32,000 nt of DNA from Luteolibacter ambystomatis (GTDB lineage: Bacteria; Verrucomicrobiota; Verrucomicrobiia; Verrucomicrobiales; Akkermansiaceae): assembly GCF_018137965.1 (NCBI RefSeq), contig NZ_CP073100.1, positions 2,397,754 through 2,429,753 of the forward strand. The letters are read 5' to 3'. The notes under the pieces are model-generated. The model saw only the letters and a list, made by a program, of their open reading frames with translations, did not search any database and was not told the origin of the DNA. How positions within the stretch are numbered: the stretch's first letter is position 1; every line of letters starts with the position of its first letter. The position numbers and the translations under genes are program-made. Below are positions 1 to 9,424 of this stretch, one piece after another.

Positions 1-54
1 TGTTGCACGCATTTTATCCCACCTCTGATTCCGATCATTCCGCCTAACCCACCC

Positions 55-1143
55 ATGTCCGAATTCGTCGTCATTCCCCGCGAGGCCCACGATACCCTCG
101 TCATCCGCGCCTATGAGTCCCGTGGTTTCGCCTCCGATGAGGCCGCGGAAGGTGCCAAGCTGGCCGCCGAGGCCGCCCGCCACGGCATCCGCACCCACCA
201 CGCGCTGAAGGCCTTGCACCTGGACCACCTCTTCGGCTCGGCCGTTGGCGGCTGCGTCCCCGGCGCGGAGATCGAGGTGAAGCCCACCCGCTTCGCCGCC
301 TCGGAAATCTGGGACTCCCACAAAAAGCTCGGCCAATCCGTCGCCTACCGCGCCATCGACCGCGCCATCGAGCTCGCGGACCAGTACGGCATCGGCCAGA
401 TCGCCGTGGATGACACCTTCCACTACCTCTGGGGCGGCGGCTACGTCATGGAGGCCGCGGAGCGCGGCTACTACGCCTACACGAACTGCACCTCCACCCT
501 CGCGGAGGTCGTCCCCTTCGGCGGAAAATTCCCCACCCTCGGCACCAATCCACACTCGTGGGGCATCCCCACCCAGGACGCCACCGGCTTCCCCATCGTG
601 ATCGACTGGGCCACCTCCACCGTCGCCATGGGCCGCGTCCAGGCGCTGAAGCGCGAGGGCAAGCAGCTCCCTCCCGGCGCCGCCGTGGACAAGGACGGCA
701 ACCCCACCACCGATCCCAACCAGGTCGCCGCCCTCCTCCCCTTCGGCGCGCACAAGGGCTACGGCATGTCCCTCATCAATGAGATCTTCGGCGGCCTCAT
801 CGGCTCCTCCCTGCCCACCCTGCGCGGCCGGAAGAACGACACCCCCGGTGAGAAAACCTCCTCCGTCTTCTACTTCCAGGTCATCCACCCGGACGCCATC
901 TCCGGCGGCCACTTCGCCCACGGCCGCAGCCAGCAGGAAAACCTCAAGGCCGTCATAGATGACGTGCTCGGCCACGGCAATGACAAGGCCATGCTCCCCG
1001 GCCAGTTCGAGGCGGATGCCCGCAAGCGCTCGGACGCCGCCGGCGGCCTGCTCTTCACCGAGGCGGAAGTCGGTGAGTTCAATGAACTCGCCCGTGAGCT
1101 GGGATTGCCGGAATGGGACATTGCCTCCCTGCCCCGCGCCTGA
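55..1143 (+). CDS. Ldh_2-family (malate/L-lactate/ureidoglycolate dehydrogenase-type) oxidoreductase
   Basis: 362-aa ORF with ATG start. Family-typical blocks include [10 protein letters not shown] and [25 protein letters not shown]. Strong C/G third-position bias. Overlapping ORFs are off-frame or antisense shadows. Confidence 0.85.
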   Translation: MSEFVVIPREAHDTLVIRAYESRGFASDEAAEGAKLAAEAARHGIRTHHALKALHLDHLFGSAVGGCVPGAEIEVKPTRFAASEIWDSHKKLGQSVAYRAIDRAIELADQYGIGQIAVDDTFHYLWGGGYVMEAAERGYYAYTNCTSTLAEVVPFGGKFPTLGTNPHSWGIPTQDATGFPIVIDWATSTVAMGRVQALKREGKQLPPGAAVDKDGNPTTDPNQVAALLPFGAHKGYGMSLINEIFGGLIGSSLPTLRGRKNDTPGEKTSSVFYFQVIHPDAISGGHFAHGRSQQENLKAVIDDVLGHGNDKAMLPGQFEADARKRSDAAGGLLFTEAEVGEFNELARELGLPEWDIASLPRA

Positions 1144-1177
1144 TTCGCTTGCACCAACTCCGCATCACTACCCACGC

Positions 1178-1966
1178 ATGCAACCCGCTACGTACCTCAA
1201 GGATCTCTTCAGTCTCCAAGGCAAGACCGCCGTCGTCATCGGCGGCACCGGTGAACTCTGCGGCACCATGGCCGTCGGCCTCGCCCGCGCCGGTGCGGAA
1301 GTCGTCCTCGGCGGACGCATCCCGGAAAAGGCCGAGCAGCGCCTCGCCGAAATCGAGAGCCACGGCGGCAAGGGCTACTTCGTCCCCGTGGACGTCACCT
1401 CCCGCGATTCGCTCCAGAACCTCCTCGATACCGTCCTCCAGCGCTCCGGCAAGGTGGACATCCTCATCAACGGTGCCGGCACCAATTCCCCCACGCCCTT
1501 CCTCCAGATCGGCGAGGAGGAATATGCCCGCATCATGGACACGAACCTCACGGCCATCTTCCGCGCCTGCCAGGTCTTCGGGAAATACTTCGTGGAAAAC
1601 AGCCAGCCCGCCTCCATCATCAATCTGGGCTCCATTTCCGGGCTGAATCCGCTCTCCCGCGTCTTCACCTACTCCGCCAGCAAGGCCGCGGTCCACAACC
1701 TCACCCGCAACCTCGCCCGCGAGTGGGCGGACAAGGACATCCGCGTCAACACCCTCGTCCCCGGCTTCTTCCCCGCCGAGCAGAACCGCAAGGTGCTGGA
1801 TGAATCCCGCGTCCTCGACATCCTCCGCCAGACCCCGGCCTCCCGCTTCGGAAATGCCGAGGAGCTCATCGGTGCCACCATCCTGCTCGCCTCCCCGGTC
1901 GCCGGATCGTTCATCACCGGCATGGAAATGATCGTCGACGGCGGCTTCCAGGCCATGACGATCTGA
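1178..1966 (+). CDS. Short-chain dehydrogenase/reductase (classical SDR)
   Basis: ATG at 1178 (residue 74 of the 959..1966 ORF), 35 nt after the upstream stop. Rossmann motif [14 protein letters not shown] motif, and catalytic YSASK (YxxxK). The 959-1177 extension overlaps the previous gene and is Pro/Ser/Arg junk. Confidence 0.9.
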   Translation: MQPATYLKDLFSLQGKTAVVIGGTGELCGTMAVGLARAGAEVVLGGRIPEKAEQRLAEIESHGGKGYFVPVDVTSRDSLQNLLDTVLQRSGKVDILINGAGTNSPTPFLQIGEEEYARIMDTNLTAIFRACQVFGKYFVENSQPASIINLGSISGLNPLSRVFTYSASKAAVHNLTRNLAREWADKDIRVNTLVPGFFPAEQNRKVLDESRVLDILRQTPASRFGNAEELIGATILLASPVAGSFITGMEMIVDGGFQAMTI

Positions 1967-1977
1967 GGAAAGCGCCA

Positions 1978-2137
1978 CCGTGGCTGCGGCGTCCCGCCGC
2001 AATGTCTTCTCATCCAAACTGTGGCTGCGGCGTCCCGCCGCAGGCCGTGGTCGTGGCGTCCCGCCGCGACGTCTTCTCATCCAGAACATCGGCGGGACGC
2101 CGATGCCACGGCCTGCCGCGGGACGCGGCAGCCACGG
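1978..2137. repeat. Nested REP-like hairpin cluster (family C, core GGCGTCCCGCCGC) in the SDR-secA intergenic region
   Basis: Three direct copies of GTGG(C/T)(T/C)G(C/T)GGCGTCCCGCCGC lie at about 1978-2015, 2019-2046 and 2047-2082. Two reverse-complement copies follow: CGGCGGGACGCCGATGCCACGG at 2090-2111 and CCTGCCGCGGGACGCGGCAGCCACGG at 2112-2137. Together they can form a long nested hairpin. Confidence 0.75.
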
Positions 2138-2236
2138 GTAACAAAGTTCTTTTCATCGTGCGGCTTGCACCAGCGCCGCACGGAGTGTATGCGTCCGCCC
2201 CGGCCCGATCACATCCGGCCCCATTCCCGTTTTCCC

Positions 2237-5200
2237 ATGATCAAGTGGATCCTCCAGAAAATCGTCGGCAGCAAGAACCAGCGCGAACTCCGCCGGATTC
2301 GTCCGACCGTCGCGCGCATCAATGAAATCGAGGAGGCTCTCCAGCGCGAACCCGCGGAAAAACTCCTCGAGCTGACCGCGAAGTGGAAGGACTACCTCTC
2401 CCGCTACCACCCGCTCGTCATCGCCGCGAAGCCCCAGCTCCAGCGCATGGATGCCGCCGGCCTCGCCGAACAAGCGGCCATCATGGACGCCCGCCTCGCC
2501 CCGCTGCGTGAGGACTACACCTCCCTCCCCGGCAAGGTGCAGCCCACCGTGGAATCCATCGAGGAAGCGAAGGCCGCTTTCCACGAAATCGAGGACACCT
2601 TCATCCAGGCCCGCGCCAAGTATCTCGAGCAGATCCTTCCCGATGCCTACGCCGTCGTCAAAAACGGCGCGCGCCGCATGTGTGGCGAGAAGATCACCGT
2701 CGTCGAGCAGGAGATGACCTGGCAGATGGTCCACTTCGACGTGCAGCTCGTCGGCGGCATCGCCCTCCACCGCGGCATGATCGCGGAAATGCAGACCGGC
2801 GAGGGCAAGACCCTCACCGCCACCCTGCCCGTCTATCTCAATGCCCTCACCGGCCTCGGCGTCCACATCGTCACCGTCAATGACTACCTCGCCCGCCGTG
2901 ACGCGGAGTGGATGGGCGCCCTCTATAAGTATCTCGGCCTCACCGTCGGCTGCATCCAGAACCAGATGGCTCCTTGGGACCGCCGCGAGGAATACGCCGC
3001 GGACATCACCTACGGCACCAACGCGGAATTCGGTTTCGACTACCTCCGTGACAATGGCATGGCCTCCACCAAGGACGAGCAGGTCCAGCGCGGCCACTAC
3101 ATCGCCGTCATTGACGAAGTGGACTCCATCCTCATTGATGAAGCCCGCACCCCGCTCATCATCTCCGGCCCGTCATCGCAATCGAGCCACCAGTTCGACA
3201 AGTACAAGCCGCTCGTGGAGCAGCTTGTGAAGCGCCAGACCCAGCTCTGCAACGACCTCGCCATCGAAGCGAAGAAGTCGCTCGAGGAAGGCGACAAGGA
3301 AGCCGCCGGCCGCGCTCTCTTCAAGATCAAGCTCGGCCAGCCGCGCAACCGCCAGCTCCTCCGCCTCATGGAGGACCCGGACATGCGCCGCCTCATCGAG
3401 AAGACCGAGCTGTCCTTCTACCAGGACGCCCAGAAGAAGGAACTCTTCGCCGTGAAGGAAGAGCTCTACTTCACCATTGATGAAAAGGGCCACGACTCCG
3501 ACCTCATGGAAATGGGCCGCGAGTACCTCGCCCCCGGCGATCCGGAGTCCTTCACCCTTCCGGACCTCGGCACCCTCTTCGCCGATCTGGAGAACAACAC
3601 CTCGCTCACCGAGGAGCAGAAGATCGCCAGGAAGGAGGAATACCAGGTCCGCATGGATACCCAGGCGGAGAAGATCCACAACATCTCCCAACTCCTGAAG
3701 GCCTACTGCCTCTATGAGCGCGATGTCCAGTACGTCGTCACCGAGGGCAAGGTCTGCATCGTCGATGAAAACACCGGCCGCGAGATGCCGGGCCGCCGCT
3801 GGTCGGACGGTCTCCATCAGGCCGTCGAGGCCAAGGAAGGCGTCGCCATCGAGAAGGAGACCCAGACCTTCGCCACCATCACCATCCAGAACTACTTCCG
3901 CCTCTACGAAAAGCTGGCGGGCATGACCGGCACCGCCGAAACGGAAGCCGCCGAGTTCCACGACATCTACAAGCTCGACGTGCTGCCGATCCCGCCGAAC
4001 CGCCCGAACCAGCGCAAGGACGAGAACGACCAGGTCTTCAAGACCCGCCGCGAGAAATACAACGCCGTGCTCGCCAAGATCGAGGCCGCCCACGCCAAGG
4101 GCCAGCCGATCCTCGTCGGCACCGCCTCCGTGGACGCGTCCGAGACCGTCTCGCGCATGCTCAAGCGCAGCAAGATCCCGCACACCGTCCTCAACGCGAA
4201 GTACCACCAGCAGGAGGCCGAGATCGTCATGCGCGCCGGCCAGAAGGGTGCCGTCACCGTCTCCACCAACATGGCGGGCCGCGGCACCGACATCAAACTC
4301 GGGCCGGAAGTCCCCGAGCTCGGCGGCCTCTTCGTCATCGCCACCGAGCGTTACGAATCCCGCCGTGTCGACCGCCAGCTCCGCGGCCGTTGTTCCCGCC
4401 AGGGCGACCCGGGCCGCAGCCAGTTCTTCATCTCCTTCGAGGATGACCTGATGCGCAACTTCGCCGCCGCCGACCGCATGACCGCCATGATGGAGCGCTT
4501 CGGCATGCAGGAGGGCGAGGCCCTCGAGCACTCCTGGCTCAACAAGTCCGTCGAGACCGCCCAGAAGCGCGTCGAACAGCGCAACTACACCTGGCGCAAG
4601 CGCGTCCTCGAGTTCGATGACGTGATGAACAAGCAGCGCGAGGTCGTTTACGGCTATCGCAATGAAGTCCTCACCACCGAGACCCCCCGCGACCTCGTCA
4701 ATGAGATCATCGAGAAGGTCATCCCCGCCAAGGTGAACGAGTATCTCGCGGACCGCGATGCCGGTTCCCCGGACTACAACGAGCTCCTCCACTGGGTCAA
4801 TGCCACCCTCCCCATCCGCGTCGATGCGGAGGACGTGAGCATCACCAACCACACCGAGGACGAGATCGCCGCGGAGCTGGTGAAGCGCGTGAAGGAAACC
4901 TACGAGCGCCGCATCGAGAACCTCCCGCCGGAAGTGCTCGATCAGGAAGAGCGCCGCATGGTCCTCGTCGCCATCGACAAGCAGTGGCAGAACCACCTCT
5001 ACAACATGGACGCGCTGCGCGAGGGCGTGCAGCTCCGCGCCCAGGGCCAGAAGGATCCGCTCATCGAGTACAAGACGGAGGCCTACGACCTCTTCGTCAA
5101 CCTGATGACCAGCATCGACCAGGAAGCGCTGCAGAACCTCTTCCGCTCCGCCTCCAACCTCGAGGCCTTCCTCCGCCAGCTCCAGAGCATGCCGCAGGAA

Positions 5201-5434
5201 CTCCACGGCCCCGAGGAAACCGGCCCCGCCATCGGCTACGAGAACATCGCCACCACCGGCAGCTCCGCCAATCTCGACCCCTCCACGCTTCCGTCGCCGG
5301 AAGGCAGCCAGCAGCTCAAGCTGAACCTGCCCAAGCGCCGCCCCAGCTTCGAGATCGAATCCGCGGGCCGCAATGCCCTCTGCCCCTGCGGCTCCGGCAA
5401 GAAGTACAAGCAGTGCTGCGGCCGCGAAGCTTGA
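2237..5434 (+). CDS. secA: Preprotein translocase ATPase SecA
   Basis: Start at ATG 2237 (MIKWILQKIVGSKNQRELRRIRP, the canonical SecA N-terminus). Walker A MQTGEGKTL, DEAD-like DEVDSILIDEARTPLIISG, TNMAGRGTDIKLG, and the C-terminal zinc finger CPCGSGKKYKQCCG. The 2021-2236 part of the tracked ORF is read through the REP cluster and is not coding. Confidence 0.97.
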   Translation: MIKWILQKIVGSKNQRELRRIRPTVARINEIEEALQREPAEKLLELTAKWKDYLSRYHPLVIAAKPQLQRMDAAGLAEQAAIMDARLAPLREDYTSLPGKVQPTVESIEEAKAAFHEIEDTFIQARAKYLEQILPDAYAVVKNGARRMCGEKITVVEQEMTWQMVHFDVQLVGGIALHRGMIAEMQTGEGKTLTATLPVYLNALTGLGVHIVTVNDYLARRDAEWMGALYKYLGLTVGCIQNQMAPWDRREEYAADITYGTNAEFGFDYLRDNGMASTKDEQVQRGHYIAVIDEVDSILIDEARTPLIISGPSSQSSHQFDKYKPLVEQLVKRQTQLCNDLAIEAKKSLEEGDKEAAGRALFKIKLGQPRNRQLLRLMEDPDMRRLIEKTELSFYQDAQKKELFAVKEELYFTIDEKGHDSDLMEMGREYLAPGDPESFTLPDLGTLFADLENNTSLTEEQKIARKEEYQVRMDTQAEKIHNISQLLKAYCLYERDVQYVVTEGKVCIVDENTGREMPGRRWSDGLHQAVEAKEGVAIEKETQTFATITIQNYFRLYEKLAGMTGTAETEAAEFHDIYKLDVLPIPPNRPNQRKDENDQVFKTRREKYNAVLAKIEAAHAKGQPILVGTASVDASETVSRMLKRSKIPHTVLNAKYHQQEAEIVMRAGQKGAVTVSTNMAGRGTDIKLGPEVPELGGLFVIATERYESRRVDRQLRGRCSRQGDPGRSQFFISFEDDLMRNFAAADRMTAMMERFGMQEGEALEHSWLNKSVETAQKRVEQRNYTWRKRVLEFDDVMNKQREVVYGYRNEVLTTETPRDLVNEIIEKVIPAKVNEYLADRDAGSPDYNELLHWVNATLPIRVDAEDVSITNHTEDEIAAELVKRVKETYERRIENLPPEVLDQEERRMVLVAIDKQWQNHLYNMDALREGVQLRAQGQKDPLIEYKTEAYDLFVNLMTSIDQEALQNLFRSASNLEAFLRQLQSMPQELHGPEETGPAIGYENIATTGSSANLDPSTLPSPEGSQQLKLNLPKRRPSFEIESAGRNALCPCGSGKKYKQCCGREA

Positions 5435-5545
5435 TTCGTTTCAGGTTTTCAGATTGAAGTCTCCAGCATGGGCCGTTGACATGGCTCCTGCTGGCAGCTG
5501 AAATCTAACAAGCTTCTGAAAAAGGTCCTCCAGTTCGCGATCGCG

Positions 5546-5923
5546 TTGCTCGCCAGCATCCATCTGGCGGGAGGACCTTACGCCTTGGTCCAGGCCTGCG
5601 CCTGGGCCAACATGCTCATCACCTACTCCCAGCAGGACGGCTTCGCCAAAGCCGCCGTCGATACCTTCAGCGGCGAGAAGCCGTGCGAAATGTGCTGCAA
5701 GATCGCCGAGGCGAAGCAGGACGACGCCAACAAGAAGAAGGACCCCGCCTCTCCGGACCTCTCCTTCGGCGCGAAGCTCCGCCCCGAGCTGCTCCCGGCG
5801 GATCACACCACCCTGAAAGTTCCCGCGGCCACCGACATCCTTGTGGCCGCCCCCGTCTCCCCCGCGCTCATCGCGGGCATCGGCCAGGCCGCCCCGCCCT
5901 CACCGCCGCCACAGGTGGCGTGA
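5546..5923 (+). CDS. Small hypothetical membrane-anchored Cys-rich protein (PCEMCC motif, Pro/Ala-rich tail)
   Basis: The frame is open from 5480. The tracked start is TTG 5546, and in-frame CTG codons at 5498 and 5516 would add a K-rich N-terminus before the hydrophobic segment (VLQFAIALLASIHLAGG). Good GC3 bias. I could assign no family. Confidence 0.45.
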   Translation: MLASIHLAGGPYALVQACAWANMLITYSQQDGFAKAAVDTFSGEKPCEMCCKIAEAKQDDANKKKDPASPDLSFGAKLRPELLPADHTTLKVPAATDILVAAPVSPALIAGIGQAAPPSPPPQVA

Positions 5924-6044
5924 GTCTCTTACGGTAGGAACCACCCGTGCCCGACCTGCTAAACCAGGCCGGAGCCATGTAATTGGAGCGCAATGGGAGC
6001 GAAGCGGACATAGCCCGCCTCACCGTCTCTCATTCTGCGGGCAA

Positions 6045-6117
6045 ACTTTAGTCCGCCTTCCTTCTCCTATCCGGAAAAATGCCGCTACGCGGTTCTGTCT
6101 CTGAGGCGGACTAAAGT
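6045..6117. repeat. REP-like inverted repeat (ACTTTAGTCCGCC / GGCGGACTAAAGT)
   Basis: Perfect 13-bp arms at 6045-6057 and 6105-6117 separated by 47 nt, in the 335-bp region upstream of the TonB-dependent receptor. Confidence 0.7.
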
Positions 6118-6258
6118 CCGCGCTCCGACAACAGCGATCACGTCCGCACTCTGCCCGGCCTCCTGCCGCAAACGCCCCCACGCGCCCTTGCGCCCACACA
6201 CCCCGCCGCACCCTCGCGGCCCCGTCTTGCACACACATCATCCAACTTTCCCACTTTC

Positions 6259-8307
6259 GTGAAATCCACCCATCTCATCGCCGCCGCTTCCATCTGCGGC
6301 CTCGCCTCCGCTGAAACCACTCCCGAGGCAGCATCTAACAAAACCCTCCCGGACGTGGTCGTCACCGCGACCAAGGAAAAATCCCTCACCGCCCCCAGCG
6401 TCCAGGCTGCCCGCGAGGAACTCGCCAAGGTCCCCGGCGGCACCGAGGTCGTTGATGCGGACCGCTACCTGCGCGGCCGCGCCTCCACCGTCGCGGACAC
6501 CTTCGCCCTCTCGCCCGGCGTCTTCGCCCAATCCCGCTTCGGCTCGGACGAGGCCCGCATCTCCATCCGCGGCTCCGGCCTCCAGCGCACCTTCCACGGC
6601 CGCGGCATCCGCGTCATGCAGGACGGCATCCCCGTCAACCTCGCCGATGGCTCCTTCGACATGCAGGCGCTCGAACCCACCGCCGCCTCCTACATCAATA
6701 TCTGGCGCGGTGCCAATGCCCTCGACCAGGGCTCGTCCACCCTCGGCGGCGCCATCGACTATGTTTCCCGTACCGGGCTGAACTCCACCGGCGGCGACCT
6801 CCGCGTGGAGGCCGGTTCCTACGGCTACCTCCGCGCCGGCATCGCGGGCGGCTTCTCCGCAGGCTCCGCGGACGTTTACGCCTCCCTCACCCACCAGCAG
6901 CAGGACGGCTTCCGCAACCACGCCGAGCAGGAAAACGAACGCCTCTTCACCAACTTCGGCTGGCGCTTCAATGACGATGTCGAAACCCGCTTCTACATCA
7001 CCGCCGTCAATACCAACTCGGAACTCCCCGGCAGCCTGCTCAAGTCCGAGCTGAACCGCGACCCGCGCATGGCCGCCCCCGCCAACATCACGCTCGACCA
7101 GCACCGCAACTTCGAGCTGCTCCGCCTCGCCAACAAAACCACCGTCCGCGATGGCGACACCACCTGGGAATTCATCGCCGGGGTCAGCCACAAGGACCTC
7201 GACCACCCCATCTCCACGGTCATCGACCAGAACACCAACGACTTCTTCGCCGGCTTCACCGGCACGAATGAATCGGAACTCTACGGCCACGCCAACCGCC
7301 TGCGCGGCGGCATCACCTTCTCCTACGGCCTCATCGATGCCTCCACCTACGCCAGCGTCTTCGGCCATCGCGGCGCGCTGACCAACCACGCCGACCAAAC
7401 CGCCACCAATCTCGAAGGCTTCATCGAGGACCAGTTCACCGTCAGCCCCGGCTTCACCCTCATCGCCGGAGCCAGCGCCGCCTACAACCGCCGCGAGAGC
7501 GACATCACCTACGGCCCCGGCCGCGACTACGCCACGGACTACACCAACATCTCGCCCAAGGTCGGCTTCCGCTGGGAACCCACCCACCAGGTGCAGGTCT
7601 ATGGAAACGTCTCCGGCAGCTACGAGCCGCCCTCCTTCAGCGAGGCTCTCACCCTGAATACCGCGCGCGATGCCCAGACCGCCACCACCGTGGAACTCGG
7701 CACCCGCGGCAGCTGGTGCGCCTTCCGCTGGGATGCCTCCGTCTATCACGCCGTCATCAAGGACGAGCTCCTCTCGCTCGTCGATCCCGTCACCCAGCTC
7801 ACCAGCACCATCAATGCCGACAAGACCCTCCACTCCGGCATCGAAGCCGGATTCGAGGGCGACCTTCTTGGCACCCCGTGGGACCAGTCGCCGGACAACC
7901 GCCTCGTCTTCCGCACCGCCTGGACCTACGGCGACTTCCGTTTCGACAACGACGCCAAGTACGGCAACAACAAGATCGCCGGCCAGCCGCCCCACCTCAT
8001 CCGCGGCGAGCTCACCTGGGAGAACCACAGCGGCTGGTACGCCGGTCCCACCTTCGAATGGGTGCCCACCAAGGCCTTCATCGACCATCGCAATACCTTC
8101 GCCGCCGATCCCTACGCCATCTGCGGCTTCAAGTTCGGCCAGCGCCGCGAGCAAGGCCTCTCCTGGTTCATCGAGGCCCGCAACCTGACCAACGAGAAAT
8201 ACGCCACCACCACCGGCGTGATGGAAAACGCCAACTTCACCGATCAGCGCCAGTTCCTCCCCGGAGACGGCCGCAGTCTCTACGGCGGCATCGAGTGGAA
8301 GTGGTGA
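6259..8307 (+). CDS. TonB-dependent outer-membrane receptor (siderophore/metal-chelate type)
   Basis: 682 aa with a GTG start. Signal peptide (MKSTHLIAAASICGLASA), plug-domain start (LPDVVVTATKE), and barrel motifs (RGSGLQRTFHGRGIRVMQDGIPVN, IEARNLTNEKY). The C-terminus ends in an aromatic residue (YGGIEWKW). Confidence 0.93.
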   Translation: MKSTHLIAAASICGLASAETTPEAASNKTLPDVVVTATKEKSLTAPSVQAAREELAKVPGGTEVVDADRYLRGRASTVADTFALSPGVFAQSRFGSDEARISIRGSGLQRTFHGRGIRVMQDGIPVNLADGSFDMQALEPTAASYINIWRGANALDQGSSTLGGAIDYVSRTGLNSTGGDLRVEAGSYGYLRAGIAGGFSAGSADVYASLTHQQQDGFRNHAEQENERLFTNFGWRFNDDVETRFYITAVNTNSELPGSLLKSELNRDPRMAAPANITLDQHRNFELLRLANKTTVRDGDTTWEFIAGVSHKDLDHPISTVIDQNTNDFFAGFTGTNESELYGHANRLRGGITFSYGLIDASTYASVFGHRGALTNHADQTATNLEGFIEDQFTVSPGFTLIAGASAAYNRRESDITYGPGRDYATDYTNISPKVGFRWEPTHQVQVYGNVSGSYEPPSFSEALTLNTARDAQTATTVELGTRGSWCAFRWDASVYHAVIKDELLSLVDPVTQLTSTINADKTLHSGIEAGFEGDLLGTPWDQSPDNRLVFRTAWTYGDFRFDNDAKYGNNKIAGQPPHLIRGELTWENHSGWYAGPTFEWVPTKAFIDHRNTFAADPYAICGFKFGQRREQGLSWFIEARNLTNEKYATTTGVMENANFTDQRQFLPGDGRSLYGGIEWKW

Positions 8308-8315
8308 CCTCCTGA

Positions 8316-8348
8316 CCGTGGTCGTGGCGTCCCGCCGCGACATCTTCA
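8316..8348. repeat. Single copy of REP family C
   Basis: CCGTGGTCGTGGCGTCCCGCCGCGACATCTTCAC is near-identical to the unit at 2047-2082. It sits between the receptor stop and the PepSY start. Confidence 0.75.
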
Positions 8349-8368
8349 CAAGACATTCCATCCCCATC

Positions 8369-9103
8369 ATGACCCGCAACTGGATCCGCAAGTCCCACCG
8401 CTGGCTTGGTCTCCTCTTCAGCCTCACCGCCCTCATGTCCGCGGGCAGTGGCGTCCTGCACACCGTCATGACCCGCACCCAGGCTCCCCCTCCCTCCGCC
8501 CGCCCATCCGGCGGAGGGCTGGATGCCGCCGCCATCCGCATCCCCATCGCCGATGCCGTGGCGAAACTCCCCGCGGGCACCAAAGCCTCCGCCGTCAATG
8601 TCCGCACCATCAGCGGCGAGCCGTGGTATCAGGTCTTCACCGGTGGCCCCGGCGTCCCCGCCTACGTCAGCGCCGTCGATGGCCGCATCGATCCCACCCG
8701 GGACGAACTCTACGCCGCTGAAATCGCCACCGCCTTCCTCGGCGGCAAGCCCGTCCGCAAGACCGGCTATCTAACAGCCTTCAACAACGAATACATCAAC
8801 ATCTTCCGCATCCTCCCCGTCCACCGCTACGATGCGGACGATGGCAAGGGCACGCGCGTCTATGTCTCCACCACCACCGGCAGCGTCACCCGCCACACCG
8901 ATGACGGCCGCCAGTTCGAAGCCAGCGCCTTCACCAACTTCCACAAGCTCGGCTTCATCCCGAACAAGGACATCCGCGACTGGGTCCAGATCATCACCAC
9001 CGGCGGACTCTTCCTCCTCTCCCTCTTCGGCATCCTCCTCTTCTTCATCACCCGCCCCCGCAAGCGCGCGGCTTCTGAGCCCCGGAGGGGCGACGGATGG
9101 TAG
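8369..9103 (+). CDS. PepSY-associated transmembrane protein, partner of the TonB-dependent receptor
   Basis: ATG 8369 (MTRNWIRKSHRWLGLLFSLTAL, the typical PepSY_TM N-terminal helix), a periplasmic PepSY-like middle region, and a second TM helix (IITTGGLFLLSLFGILLFFI). The last 10 codons and the stop lie inside a REP element. Confidence 0.8.
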   Translation: MTRNWIRKSHRWLGLLFSLTALMSAGSGVLHTVMTRTQAPPPSARPSGGGLDAAAIRIPIADAVAKLPAGTKASAVNVRTISGEPWYQVFTGGPGVPAYVSAVDGRIDPTRDELYAAEIATAFLGGKPVRKTGYLTAFNNEYINIFRILPVHRYDADDGKGTRVYVSTTTGSVTRHTDDGRQFEASAFTNFHKLGFIPNKDIRDWVQIITTGGLFLLSLFGILLFFITRPRKRAASEPRRGDGW

Positions 9104-9345
9104 CCGGTGGCGCAAGCCACCGGACAGCACCCGGCCCATTCGTCGATGCGCCCGGTAAACATCCATGATCTTCCGGACTCCGGTTGCGCCGCCCCTCCGG
9201 GGCTCAATCCATCACACGCGCTCCACCGGTGGTTTGCACCACCGGCTACCTTTCGCCGTCCCTACGGGACTCAGAATCTCCATCTACTACACTCCCCGTA
9301 GCCGCGTTCGTAAGAACGTGGGCTGGGCAAACCCACCCACCCCCT
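9075..9345. repeat. REP family A pair (forward plus reverse copy, REPIN-like) with a conserved tail motif
   Basis: Forward copy CTGAGCCCCGGAGGGGCGACGGATGGTAGCCGGTGGCGCAAGCCACCGGAC at 9075-9125. Reverse-orientation copy (CCGGTGG-N6-CCACCGGCTACC...CGCCGTCCCTACGGGACTCAGAATC) at about 9224-9278. The tail CTACTACACTCCCCGTAGCCGCGTTCG..GAACGTGGGCTGGGCAAACCC recurs at about 10664-10735. Confidence 0.75.
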
Positions 9346-9424
9346 CCGGCATCGCCCCATCTTCCGCCTCACTGGGAGTGGCTGCTTTCGAGCAGCCATG
9401 AAAGGGGCATCGACATCCATTCGC

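Noticed and set aside
1079-2089. 336-aa minus ORF over the SDR gene
   Set aside because: It is antisense to a motif-bearing SDR. It extends through the REP cluster and is Gly/Arg/Ala-rich.
2021-2236. N-terminal extensions in the ORF track for secA (2021-2236), and likewise for the SDR gene (959-1177) and the PepSY gene (8318-8368)
   Set aside because: The extensions are translated REP elements or overlaps with the upstream gene. Canonical N-termini with ATG codons occur at 2237, 1178 and 8369.
2153-5206. Long minus-strand ORFs (314 aa and 677 aa) across secA
   Set aside because: They are antisense shadows of secA, with no motifs and a low-complexity composition.
5937-6258. Riboswitch or Fur box upstream of the TonB-dependent receptor
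   Set aside because: I could recognise no cobalamin-riboswitch core and no AT-rich Fur-type palindrome. The only clear structure is the REP-like inverted repeat at 6045-6117.
6238-8610. 790-aa minus-strand ORF
   Set aside because: It is antisense to the well-supported TonB-dependent receptor. The sequence is Gly/Ala/Val/Glu-rich and typical of antisense shadow ORFs in high-GC DNA.
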